Both the position numbers and the translations under genes were made by a program. Positions 51,644 through 64,000 of a DNA stretch of 64,000 bases are shown here, in pieces (within the stretch, counting starts at the first letter, position 1; each line of letters begins with the position of its first letter). Where the stretch lies: positions 24,676,001-24,740,000 of the forward strand of contig JBHGNT010000004.1 in assembly GCA_043228905.1 (NCBI GenBank), read 5' to 3'. The notes beneath the pieces are model-generated. The model made no database searches and was not told where the DNA came from. It saw nothing but the letters and a program-made list of their open reading frames with translations. This DNA comes from Azolla caroliniana. Lineage: Eukaryota > Plantae > Polypodiophyta.

Positions 51644-52899
51644 ATCGACACCCATGGTCGCGTTGATTCGCCTTCGGTCCATCACAAGGTAAATGACATA
51701 ACGATCAACAACAAATGTCACTGAGGTTTGCTTGACCTCCACAACAAACAATTTCCTGACTAGGATGTCTCCAAGACTCCCTTGATCTAATCCCTTTGGT
51801 TACTATAGATATGAGCAATTAGGGCTATAACATTCTCCTTATTTATTATACCCCCCATGGGAGTGGAGATTCTAAGCTTTTCTTATATCCTAATGTATTA
51901 TCCATGTTAGCCTTTTCTTACTATTCACAAGCACACATTCTTTGTTTTTGTCGTGTGGCTGTAAACTTAAGAAGTGCACCGAGTATGGATGAAACCCCTG
52001 CTTATAATATCAAACAAATCTCTTATAGGTAACCTCGCAAAACATGATGCACATTTCCATCATCGATCATGAAGATCACTTCTACGACAGACAAAATTAT
52101 TAAATTTTTCCACATAGGTCTATAGAGCCTATCATAGCTATAAAGTGACAATTCTAACAAATTTTCTATGTCACATTCCTCCATGTTGTGTGTCATTTTC
52201 CCAAACAATTATAAATCCTTAAGAGATCACAACATATGATAGCTACTAGACCAACCCAATGATTTGTTCACATTCCATTTAATTACATTAACAATTGAAA
52301 AAGAAAGAGATGCATCATAATTACAAGATTGATTCATTTAAATTAGATTTACAAGGAAATCCACAAAATACAATTGAAGAACAACGATTTCTATTGTCCT
52401 TCGGGCCGCATATGGGACGCCCATCAAGTAGCTAGACATAAAAACCCATTTATCCTTTATGTGATATACTCCCTACACAATAGAATGTTAGACATTGTGT
52501 ACTTTGTACGCTTGATACTTTTTTGTGTAGGAAGATCACTTGACTCTAATTATTTAGCTTGTACATATTATTTGCTTTTAATGCATGAAATCTTCACATT
52601 TTCACCAAAGTTGCTCTCAAGTATTCGCACAGTATGATTCGCATTTACGAACATTATATGTGTCTTTGGAAACTTGTTATGGGGTTTACTATAAAACTAT
52701 GGCCATGGATAATAATACACTACCACTTTGTGCATGCTTAGTTACATATAAATTATCGTTCAACTTTTGAGCTATAGGAATATAAACAAGAGTCAAATTT
52801 GGGTCCTCTTAGATAACAAGCAAGTGAACACCAGAGTGGTGGGGCACACGTGTAATAAACACCATGACAACTTGTCATAATTGTATGACCACCATCTTT

Positions 52900-54110
52900 G
52901 TCATATGTAATGAGAGATACGATTAATATTTAGCAATGTGGATGTTATGATTTTCCACTCACTTCCATTTATGGCAAAATGTTGTTGGAATCCCACATAA
53001 ACGAAGCCCCCATCTCTTATGTTATTGATTAGCAATAGTTGATTCAGAGGGTACTTATCATTGGTAATCTTCCAATTACTTTTTGTTCTCATAGGTCATA
53101 TTTGACCTCTACAATCATTAATAAAATCCAAGTATATCTTTCTCCCTCATGTTCGACTCAAAGTAGTGCAATGTATCTTGATACCCAAGTTATATATTTT
53201 TTACCATTACTTCCTTGGATTAAGAAGGCATTACACATGTTGCAACCTCTACGGTTCATGTTGTAGCGGGAGGGAAAAACGGATTTGGCTACTCCCGTAC
53301 AATTAGGTGGTGCAACAATATTGGATTTGGAAATGTGTTTGATGTCTTGTAGATTTGCATTATTATGAGCTATGTGTTGACAAGATCAACCATGAATATC
53401 TATGACGCAATATTTTATCGAGCATGAAGGATTGGTGCATGGGAAAACAAAGATTAAAGCATTGTGGTGGTCATTACTCAAAGGATGTATTCCTCTAAAG
53501 ATTCGACATTTTGTATGCTGACCATAACTGGTAAGGTCATGGCAAGATGTATTATCTCTTTTTGAGTGGGCTCCATCGAGAATTTTGTAATTCGTTACAA
53601 AATGAATTGCTCATTTCTTCTCGAGTGTTGTATTGGCATGGAAAAGCGAAGCTGAGATCTCAATTCAATTGTTTATTTCTATTGGGGATTGTACATTTGG
53701 GAGATGTCATTCTTCATGAATCTTAAAGGTTGTCAAATTTTGAAGATGCTAAACGATGGTTATGCATTCCCCCAATTTATGGATTTATTTAGGAGAAATT
53801 ATGTCAAGATATACCGTTGTTGCATAGATCTTTGACGTTGAAAACAAATGCACATCGTGGGAGGATTGGCAATTACAAGATGGTACACGCTTATTACAGG
53901 TCACTACAAATGTATTGTATCATCATGCAATGACCTCACTATCTTTGTTATCTCCTAACAAAAAAAAGGTGTGGAATATATGTAAGTTGAATGCAAGGTG
54001 GTGGAAAATATTACAATGTGGTTGGCATTCCCATTTATTTTATTTGGCCGATTTTGATGCCATAATGCAACTTCAATACCTAGGCCGTGTCATTGAGCGG
54101 GGAGGAATGT
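52900..54110 (+). mobile_element. Decayed LINE-like (L1-type ORF2 3' part) remnant
   Basis: Trp-rich disrupted frames similar in character to 60619-61620 (e.g. VWNICKLNARWWKILQCGW); no intact ORF. Confidence 0.35.
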
Positions 54111-54189
54111 TAGGGCTCGATGAGAGTTAATCTCATGTTAGTAATGAGATAAGGTTGAATACGATCAATTGGTCTTCTTGCCTTATACA

Positions 54190-54710
54190 AAACCCAACAT
54201 TAAGGGTTTATGTTTGGCTTTTAATTTTTCTCCTTTTAGCATCTTCCCACTTCTTCTTTCTTGGTTCTAAGAATCTTTCCTCAATAACTGCATAAAAAAA
54301 TTCATAGCATCACTTGAAACTTCTAAGAGGGCGTCCACATCCCATATTTTGAACCATATTTTGATGGTCAACCCAACCAAATGAGAGAAATTTGTTTTTG
54401 CGATTCTTTTATACTCTACATTCAATGTTCCAAGCAAGATGTGGAGTTTTATGGTTTGGCATATGTATTCTTGATTTTTGCAATGTATCTATATACTCCT
54501 TGCAGTGCCGATATCTCTATATGTCGAACACTTGTTTCCAAGAGCATAATCTGGTAGGAGGTGATGGATTTAACTCCCAATTGTCTTCTTAAAAACATCA
54601 TTTGAATCTTCTCAATCTCATTCCATGTGCTACGAGAGATAGTGCATGTCCACATCTTTGCTCGATAAAGCAAAACTTTGTGTTACCATGGCATTAGATA
54701 ATATGTATTA
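54190..54710 (-). mobile_element. LINE ORF2 C-terminal remnant (RTE-like)
   Basis: Minus ORF LYRAKMWTCTISRSTWNEIEKIQMMFLRRQLGVKSITSYQIMLLET resembles the post-RT region of RTE/L2-type LINEs. Confidence 0.6.
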
Positions 54711-54930
54711 GTTTCCTTTCCCCACCCCCATTCACGAGGAGGAGAAAGGAGGGTTAGTTTTGACATTTCCTGAAACTATTAGGGCTACTTCCGTAAATCC
54801 CACGAAACCCAAACAAATAACAAAAATACCTAAGTTCTCCCCCTCCACACGCACATGCAGACTCAGACTCAGACGACAGACGCAGAACGAGAGAGACAGG
54901 GAGACACAGAAGAGTCGAGAGGCGTCAGCG

Positions 54931-57602
54931 ATGGCGGAGCACCTCGCTTCCATCTTCGGCACCGAGAAGGACAGGGTGAACTGCCCCTTCTACTTCAAGA
55001 TCGGAGCCTGCCGTCATGGAGATCGCTGTTCCCGCCTTCACAATCGCCCTACCATCAGCCCCACCTTACTCTTCTCCAATATGTATCAGAGGCCGGACTA
55101 CACCACTCCAGGTGTCGAAATCCCTGCTCAGAACATGGATCCGCGTAAGATTCAGGAGCATTTCGAGGTAAAAAGATAAAAGAAACTTATTTGCGTCTCC
55201 TTCCATGCTATCTCTTGTGTTTCATCCATATCTTTGCCAAACCAGCTGTTTCTTGTGTTTAGATAGTAAGGAGAAAAATGTAGATGTTGGTTTATCTACT
55301 CTGCAAGCATTTCGATTTTGTCTCTTTTTTGGATAAATCACATCTTTCAACGATGTCTGTTTTTTTTGGCTATGATGAATTCTGTTTTCTGTAGTTCTAT
55401 GTAGCCAACGAACAGACTAGAAAGTTTATTTCTTTTCTGTAGAGGTTATGTCAGTAGATGCCCTTTGTTTATTATCTTTCAAGTAAGCTGATTTTTACGA
55501 AATATCTTTCAAATACGTCTGTAAAATCATTGCTTCGTCTCTGCAAAGTTGATCCATATTATCTATGGTAACCTTGTTGTCCTTCTGAAGTAAATTTAGC
55601 CTTCTCCTTCTCCTTCAATTTAGTGTCCGTTTTTGTAGCTTTCCGAAAGCAGTATTAGCAATTTCTTCTTTTCTAGACATGTTATGTATATTAGATGCAT
55701 TTTTTATTGCTTCGTTCCAAATTTAACCTTTCCAGCATATCTTTCAATTATGATAAAGTCTATTTCATGAAAAGCTAGAGAAAAGCGGCTTTGAAAATTT
55801 GTTTTTTGTGCTGCAAAGATTATGAATTGACTGATTTTCCTTCTTTTCAAGTTTCATCGTTCATATTCCTGCGTTTTAGTTGTAATCATTCAGAGGTAAT
55901 ATTTCATTTGCATTTCATAGCTCTTGAAAGAAGTAGTTTCATTATTCCCTTTTTCTTTTATGCAGAAATTTATGTATATTAAATGCAATTTTCTTTATTT
56001 GAAATTTCATATTTAAAGTAGGTATCATGTTCACTTCTCCTTCCATGCACAGTTACAGTTAGTTTTTCTTACTTCTAGCAGAGAATTCTTGACAAGATGC
56101 TTCTCTTCTAGGAAGATTATGTGTACTATGATTCCTCTTTTTTAGTTTTTAATACTAATATTTTTGTTATTTTGAGACGTTCTTTTTGAGGTTACATCTT
56201 TCAAGTTCATTTGTTTTGATTTCCTGATGTGAAGCAGTTCCAGCTATGTATGATATCTTTTTCTTTTAAACAGAATTTTTATGAAGACATATTCGAGGAG
56301 CTAAGCAAGTATGGGGAATTGGAAAGCCTAAATGTTTGTGACAACATGGCCGATCATATGGTAATATTTTAGCTATAATATTTTTTGTAGTTTTGTGCTC
56401 TTTGATATAATAAACATGATAATGCATTTAGTTTCGATCATTTGCTGTGTGTGTTTTGGTATAATATATTCTGCATCTAGGTGTGATTAATTCAGCTGAA
56501 TGGTCTTCTAGTTGCATCAAATTGTAGTCTATCATTCTGTTGCAATATGAGATTAAGCTGGCTAATAATGCGGGATTATGACTAGATGTGCTTTTAGTCA
56601 TCATCAGATGTTTGTAATCTTGTAATGTTTTTCTTTAATAAATATGGGGCGCTAATCTTGTAGTATTATGATTTTAGCTGTGATGAATTTTTGTATCTAT
56701 TCTATTATTTTGGTGAGCAGATCCTTACTCTTGATTTGTTTAATGCAGGTTGGTAATGTTTATGCACAATTCCGTGAAGAAGAGCAGGCAGCAGCTGCCC
56801 TGCAGGGAATGACAGGGAGATTCTATGCTGGTATGCTGTCTGTTTTCAAATTTTCTTGTTTCTAGTCCTAATTTGACTCTGAATGGAGTCTTGAATGTGT
56901 ATTTATACTTGTGCTTTTAACTGTATTACTCTTTTTTAACATGCTTGCATGTTGGTAGTGTTAATATTGACTGTCTTTTATCACTTGCTTCTTTTTCGGC
57001 AGGGCGCCCTATCATTGTTGACTTCTCTCCTGTAACAGACTTTAGAGAAGCAACATGCAGGCAGTATGAAGAGAATACCTGTAACCGAGGTGGATATTGT
57101 AACTTCATGCATTTGAAGAAAACAAGCAGGTCAGCATAGGCCCCTACACTGTCTGAATCGTTACAGAGTGGAATTAACATCAATTTTTTTCTTCAGGGAG
57201 ATGCGCAGACAATTATTTGGGAGGAACAGGAGGCAGAACAGGAGTCGTAGTCGTAGCAGGAGTAATAGCCCTCGCAGAGAGCAAGATAGGGGTGATAGGT
57301 ACAATGAAGACCATCATGGTGGTCATGGTGGGAGAGGACATCGACGTGGTGGGGGTGACCGTGGGGCTCCAGATGATGGAAGGCATAATCGTGATGATCG
57401 TAGACAACATAGGCGAAGGGATGGTGACCGAGGCTATAGTCCTTCAAGTCGCCGGCGATCTCCTCCTCGTCATAGAGAAAGAAGTCCTGGGAGGGAAGCA
57501 AGAGAGGGTAGTGCTGAACGACGAGCAAAAATTGAACAGTGGAATAGAGAACGCGATGAGAAGCAACCATCCAACAGCTATGAGAACGACAATGGGCACT
57601 AG
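54931..57602 (+). CDS. U2AF35: Splicing factor U2AF small subunit (U2AF35), 312 aa; exons 54931-55167, 56274-56360, 56749-56830, 57003-57129, 57197-57602
   Basis: [37 protein letters not shown] (ZnF1), [65 protein letters not shown] (ZnF2), RS region and plant C-terminal [18 protein letters not shown] motif; four GT-AG introns give an open 939-nt CDS. Confidence 0.97.
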
Positions 57603-58740
57603 GTGTGTAATTGTGGCCCATCCATTTGAGCTTCTTGCTGGAGTACTCCTATAATGAGTTGTCTAACTTATCTAGATTACAGGTAGTTTGGTTGGTTTGT
57701 GGGTGTTACAAATCAAATCAATGACATAGGTAAAACTCAAGCTTTCGTACTATCGGGCCCTTCACTCTCTCTTTGTTGACCAAGCGAAACCTTATAAGTA
57801 GCACACAGGTAGATAACTTTTGTGGCTGCATATAAAGCGTAGTTCACACACAGGTAGATTGATTTTGTGGCTACCTTATGTAGCTCACAGGTAGTTTGAT
57901 TTTGTGCAGGTCTGCAGGTTGATGATCCCATTCACTTTCTGTATGCAAGCTGTGTTTTTGTATACATTGTTTTTAGGCATTCCTAGGTTATTGTGGAAAG
58001 TTGCACAAGCTAGCTACGCTCTCGGTCTTTTTTTTAGGTTGGCGTTTACAGGTGCACGCAGTATTGGAATGCTGCTCTGGCAATACAAAAGGAAAACAGC
58101 TCTTTTAGCCCTGAGTTGTGATATATTGATGAAAAATTTGGGAAGGTTGGGTGGTGGGTCTGCTCAAAACATTGGCTTGTTCAAAAGTTGTGATTAGGTT
58201 TTAAGTGCAGGTTTAATTGACTATACAAGAAGCGTCTGAAATACTGTTTTTGTGGTAAAGATGGCACCTTATGAACATTGTTCTTCTGGGAATTGTATTT
58301 TAGAGGGAAAAGAAAGTGTTGGAAACTTGGAAAGATCAATCCATATATCCCGTGTGTCCCTTAATGGTGTTCACCTGTGAGATTGTGTTGTAGTGGGAAA
58401 CAGAATTTTTGGGAACTTGTGTTTTTGGATGCAGGTTTCATTCAGATTGGCCTTTTCAGTCGAGGGGGTGTATGATGAGTTTTTGTCCTGATGGCAGTTT
58501 TGTTTACAGGTGTTATTTGTCAAAATTCAAATGGTGCAGGCGCAGGGATGCAGGTTGATTATCCACTTTCACACTTGATGTGACTCTGTTCATGCAGTGG
58601 ACCTACTCTACTGGCTTTTCAGTTTGTTAATGTTGGTGTTGTGCAGGGCTACTATATTCTGTAATGCAGAATTTGGTTTTATCTTTAGGTTTATGGCCAG
58701 AGTATTTTGCAGGGACAAACTTTGAGTTAACTGTGCAGAG
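57600..58740 (+). promoter_or_regulatory. Array of YAG|G(T) splice-site-like motifs in the U2AF35 3' region
   Basis: CAGGT at 57680, 57806, 57851, 57888, 57907, 57915, 58049, 58208, 58432, 58507, 58551, plus several TAGGT and CAGG(C/G), in U/G-rich context. Confidence 0.6.
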
Positions 58741-60559
58741 TTGGGACTTTACACTTTCCATGGTGCTCAAGGAATTTTGACTGAAAAGGAAGTCACACGA
58801 GGAAATTAATGAAAATTATTTGTTCGCTTTCCAGAGACCGATCTCAATAGTAGTGTATATTGAGCTGCCAATGTGCCACATTGTATGTAAAGGATCAGAT
58901 TGATGACTAAACTAATTTTGTCCTTGCTAATTTGGACACAGATCCCAAATGTCAATCATTGTGAATTTATATTTTGTTTTATCCTACATGCAAGCATGCC
59001 ACTTTTTCAGTTTACTTGTTTTCTTGACAGGATTGTATGGAAAATATGAAATCATTTGACAATGCTATAGGAAGAAGGTATTAGGTATGATTTATTGTCC
59101 ATGGTAAATGGTTGATAAGGTGGAGAGTTAAAATCTCTTAGAGCTTTCAAGTGATGCTACACAATATGTAGTTATTTGAGTAAAGGTTATTGAAACCACC
59201 AAGGAAGATGTGGGATGGTGTGAAAAGGACAAAATCAGAACATGACACTGTAAACATCAACCTTGAATCTTGGGTGCAATATAAGTGAAGAATGTAAGGT
59301 ATGCAAGGACAACTTCATAGTGGATGAATATTAATTGATTTATACAAGCTAACCATATAATGCAACTTGTAAAAGCCATAATGAAATATCAAGAGATTGA
59401 TAACATGTTGTATGGAATGAGGAGCTTGATAGAGTTACTCAAGCACGTGCTATTCTTCATGCATAATTTCTAATGAAATGGAATTGCAAATGGCCTAAAA
59501 TAAAGGAGAATGTCAGTCGTGCACCAAAACTATAGTAATAATCACTAAGAGGAAAAGAAATCATAACACTTGAGATTGAGTGTGTTTGACATTTTTTGGT
59601 TACAAAATTACATGGTAATATGAGAGTTGCACTAGACTTGCCTTAGAAACCTAAATTTCTTTATCATGTACTTAGCAATTTCTCACTTGTCTGATCACCT
59701 GGACTTTCACTTTAGTGTGTTTCATTTGCAAAAATCTCCCACTAATGGTTGACACATGGCAAGACATTTACATCATCTACATATACGTTTGCAGGGAACT
59801 ATCCAATCAAGTAGTGGTTGAATCTAAATAGAACTTAAGTGGGAACATTGGCATGTTATGTGAGCATATTCAGGATTTGCAACAATGGCAAAAACATGTT
59901 ACAAAAAGAGTGAGGGATGTTTATTGTACATGTGAAAGGTTGCATTGGTTTGCAATTGATTCATGGCGAGGACCCAATTAGTATATCTTTTTACATCTAC
60001 TACTACTCATTTAGAAGGAGTTTGAGGTGAACTTAAAAAGTGAGCATGAAGGGGAGGATGCTCTTGCTTTGTTTCCTTGAGAAGAAAGCCGTAAGTCACA
60101 ATTCTATTGTTGAATAGAGTAAGATGTCAGAAAAGATTATCGCCACTGTGTTAGACATAATATGTGTGGGCTTCTTTTTCTACCAAACTTGATAATATAT
60201 ATGGGCATAATATATGTAGGAATATCCTTTTGTGATCTACTAAGGTGAATGTTCGCTATTAGCTATACCACATCATTGCATTCCAGATTTACCTTTTTCT
60301 CTCGTTTGCTTGTCTACAAGGGTTCGTACATTCTTTTAGTGTTTCTAATAGTTTGGGCAATTGTTTGAAATTGTTGGTTTCTTGGGCCTTTTAGTGAGAG
60401 GTTTGAAGTGCTAGGTTAATATTATAATGTCACGTATTTGTAGCTCACAAAAAAATTATGTGAAACAAATAATGTTGAAGATGTCATAAGTGGATGGAAT
60501 TATTTTCAAATTTTCAGGTTTTACTTGGAGTCCGTGGCCTTAGAGATGATGTACTTTCT

Positions 60560-61620
60560 TAAGTTATGATGTTCTACAGGGTGGACGATTAGGGATGATT
60601 ACCTAGGAAGATGAATGTTTGGCTAAGGCTATATTAAAACCTATTAGAATTCTAGCTAAGGTAGATAAGCTTTGGGTCCTTGACCCTAATCCTAATGATG
60701 TTCATCCATGGTGGGATCTATGGGTAATGGGGAAAAAACCATTATGTGAATTGGAATGGGACCTAGGAGAATGGAAGTGGCTGCCTACATCATATTCTAG
60801 GGAGGATGTTAGGCCGATTCCGTTTTTTCAGTATTCTGTTCGATTGGGAAGGGAAATGATAAGACGTAGGGTACCCCATTGGCCCATAGCAGCTACAAAA
60901 TGGTTGACTTATAATGTGGATCCTACTCACATGGCAACATTTTGGAAATGGCTATGGGCTATACAAATTCCAAAGAAGATTATTCCATTTAGATGGTTGA
61001 TTGTTTATTATGCGATTCTTGTTAGGGTTTGGATGTATTGTAAGGAAGTGGATAAGATGTGTGATTTTTGTGGGTTAGAAGTGGAGTCTCTTCATCACCT
61101 ATTATGGTCATGTATGGCTGCCAAATTGGTTTGGAAAAGATATTTACGTCTCTTGCATGAGGTTTATGCCTCTAGAATATATAAATGGGGGGCAATGATG
61201 TGGGTTGGTATTAAGGGTGAGGTACAAGATTATGAAAAAGAAAATGTTGACTTTGCATTATATACAAGAGGTCGATATGTTGCGTAAGTGTCGCCATGTA
61301 TGCCTATTAATTCAGTCCAAAATGGAGTGGTTTGGGAGACGATTAGTTCAATAATCATATGGGTTTTGTGGACCAGATGTCGAAGGATATTTCAACAAAT
61401 TCAATGGAATGTTGTGGATGTAGTCAAGGAGGTTTGGGTGACCTTGGTGCATACACTAAAAGGAGAATATGATGCTATCAAAGGTGATTCAGATGTAGTC
61501 TTTTGAAAACAAGAGGTTTTTAAGAAGAGATGGGAAAGGATGAAGGTATTTTGCATGGTTAATGGTGATATACATTGGAGGTATCAACCACCACTCTCGG
61601 TATTTCCTCCACCGACATGA
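60560..61620 (+). mobile_element. LINE (L1-like) ORF2 3' end with zf-RVT zinc finger, 5'-truncated
   Basis: FWKWLWAIQIPKKIIPFRWL...CDFCGLEVESLHHLLWSCMAAKLVW; downstream IIWVLWTRC; in-frame stops at 61285 and 61504. Confidence 0.85.
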
Positions 61621-61639
61621 GGCATGTGCCCATGTATAA

Positions 61640-62870
61640 CTGTTATTACTAATCCTTTGATATGTCTATAACAGTCCAAGAGCAGTTGAAAGGGACCATG
61701 GCTTTCAACAGAGAGGTGACCTTTCATATTGAGTGCATCTACATAAACAAGTATGGCAGGTCGTGTGCGCATTGGGAATGGTTTTTGGTTAACTGGTGTT
61801 GGTCAGCTTCATGCAAGGATGGAGAAGCTAGCGAGAGTGCAATACTTGTTTGAAAAGGATCCCAAATTTGTGCATTGTCATACCTTGCTTTACAGCACAA
61901 GAATGTTTTAATGAGTCTTTTAAAGCTGAGCAGAGACGAGAAAGATAAAGTTTTGTATGTAATGCTAACTCAAGATTTTCAGTAGTGGAAAAAACAGGTT
62001 GTTGCAATAAAATGTATATATTCTAATGGAAAACACCGTCGTGATCTTGTTGTAGCATTATTCCTTCTTGATGGCGATTTAAGATAAGATCGGTTGACAT
62101 GGTACAATTCATGCATTTAACATTTAATACAAGATTTCTTTTGTTGGATAATAAGGGCAACATTGAAGCTGAATCAGAGATGATAGTTCTCCTACACATG
62201 GTATGTTGAAAATGAGCATGTTGTGGAAGCACTATGTGCTTTAAGCCAATTCAGCCTGCGGGTGTTTCTCCAGATATTTACATTTGCATGTACTGTGAAA
62301 GCTTCTAGTATCATTATATCCACTAGGAAGGGTAGGGAAATACATGCTATGATTGAAACAACGAACCTCCTGAAACAAATTCCGAATACTGGAGCTGGAA
62401 ATGCCTTGGTTAGTAAGATACATGAAACATGGTGGTGGTATTGGTGAGGAAATATTGAACATTTTTGGGCAAATGCAAGAACGAGGAGTATCTCCAGATG
62501 TTATTACTTAAGACATGCATAACTTGTGGTAGGATTGGGTCCATGGTTAAGGGCAAGTCAATACATGATGATAATGAAAGACAAGTTTTGGTTGAGACAA
62601 ATTGCATTGTTACTTAAATGCAAAATGTGGTGGAGCCCATGAAGCATGGATTATCTATCTTCAAAGGTCTCTTTGCACAAGATGTGTTATGAAATGTTTG
62701 GAATAAACCAAGATGGATATATGGCTGTCCAATGTCTCAAATGTATGCCGAAATAATGTCTAAAACATGATGCAACCACATTCACATGCAATATTCATTG
62801 TATGGAGTATTTTAATACCAATGGTGGAAAAAAACAAATTATTTACGAAGGCAACCTTCTCGACAAATAG
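61640..62870 (+). pseudogene. Degraded PLS-class PPR gene remnant
   Basis: KGREIHAMI...LL...GNALV (62330-62410), GVSPDVIT (~62485), CGRIGSMVKGKSIHD (~62524); multiple stops and frameshifts. Confidence 0.6.
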
Positions 62871-64000
62871 ATTAAACTTGCTAGTTTTGGAATGCTTTTT
62901 CTCAAAGAATGTGAGCCCTGGTTTGGATCACATTATTTCAAGCGTCTAGATTTTGATTAATCACAATGATAAGGTTCATCCTATGGGATACATCTCCGAT
63001 ATCAATGCCCTCCAAAGACTTGATGTCAAAGCTTTAATTGACAAATTGAAAGAATGGCAATGCCACAATTGTAGAGTTGTTGACACATCCACGTAAGTGG
63101 CAACCATCACATGCCATGCCACCATTGGTGAATTCGTTACTCAAATAAAAATAGAGAGATTTCATCTCAATCATAAAAAGTAGACTGAGAGAATAAGACA
63201 AACACACATCATTAAAAAAGGGAAAGAGTAGACATACTTAACATATCCAACTTCTTATGCTACTAAAAAAGAAGTTGAGCACTAAAGTAACTTTTGGAGG
63301 TAGAGAGAACATTCGTAGAATCCATCGAAGCAACTTGACGTAGGGAAGTTGACATATCAACATTTACAAACTTGTCATAAAGAGGTAAAACTTGTAATAT
63401 GATTTCTATTGGAGCATGTACCTAATTCAACTTGGAGTAATTCTTTTAGGATACATTGGTTCATACAGTGTATAATATTGAAGGCATATCAAGTTGTTTA
63501 CCATTGTATAATATACTTTATTTGATGGCCTTGGCCCACACACTAAGAGGATTACAATTGGATTTTAGCCAATTTGAGGCCATGTCATCATTTAAAATGC
63601 TAGTGAAACTAACAAACTAACAATCCATGAGATCAAAGATTTTATCAAACAATTTCCTATGATTGCTTCCAAAAGGTTGTATTTAAAATTGTTGCTTAAT
63701 ACAAGTTCAAGTTTGTTATATTAACCAATCTACTTCATTGTAGTTCCCAAAGCATATGAGAGTCCCCAACCTTTTGAGGCCAAACACATGGATTCATGTT
63801 CAGGCAAAATATACAAACCATTTCATTTCTATTCTACATCAATTATCAAACCAAAAACTCGTTGTAAGGATAGGGTTTAGGGTTTAAGTAACCAACCCCT
63901 CTAAGTAGAGTCAATAGTTTGAAGATGAGGACATGTAATTCAGTAGATAGAAAATGTTGTGCATCATCACAAAATCATTCTTTATAGATTCATAATCTTT

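Noticed and set aside
50248-51692. Alternative-frame and antisense ORFs over the LBD gene
   Set aside because: Expected from very high GC content; no independent motifs.
54760-54930. N-terminal extension of U2AF35 in the ORF track
   Set aside because: Starts at a non-ATG codon; the conserved protein begins [14 protein letters not shown] at 54931.

Overview
Eukaryotic land-plant nuclear DNA (AT-rich, GT-AG introns, LTR/LINE/MITE-rich; composition, intron sizes and PLS-PPR debris are compatible with a fern or other seed-free plant, which is inference only). Five host genes, all on the + strand, can be assembled by hand: an atypical HLH + ACT-like protein (12860-15160, 4 exons), an intronless CFIm68/CPSF6-like RRM protein (29185-31089), a 14-exon OXA2/ALB3-like insertase with C-terminal TPRs (35227-43513), a class I LBD transcription factor (50294-51643) and splicing factor U2AF35 (54931-57602, 5 exons). 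Between them lie a decayed Ty3/gypsy chromovirus with a nested solo LTR, a full-length but decayed Ty1/copia element with a nested solo LTR, other LTR and LINE remnants, two related hAT-type MITEs, a fold-back MITE in an intron, and PPR pseudogene fragments. The most unusual signal is a dense array of CAG|GT (3'-splice-site-like) motifs directly downstream of the U2AF35 stop codon, i.e. copies of the protein's own binding site, a candidate autoregulatory element. All coordinates, counts and alignments were done by eye; no database searches were run.
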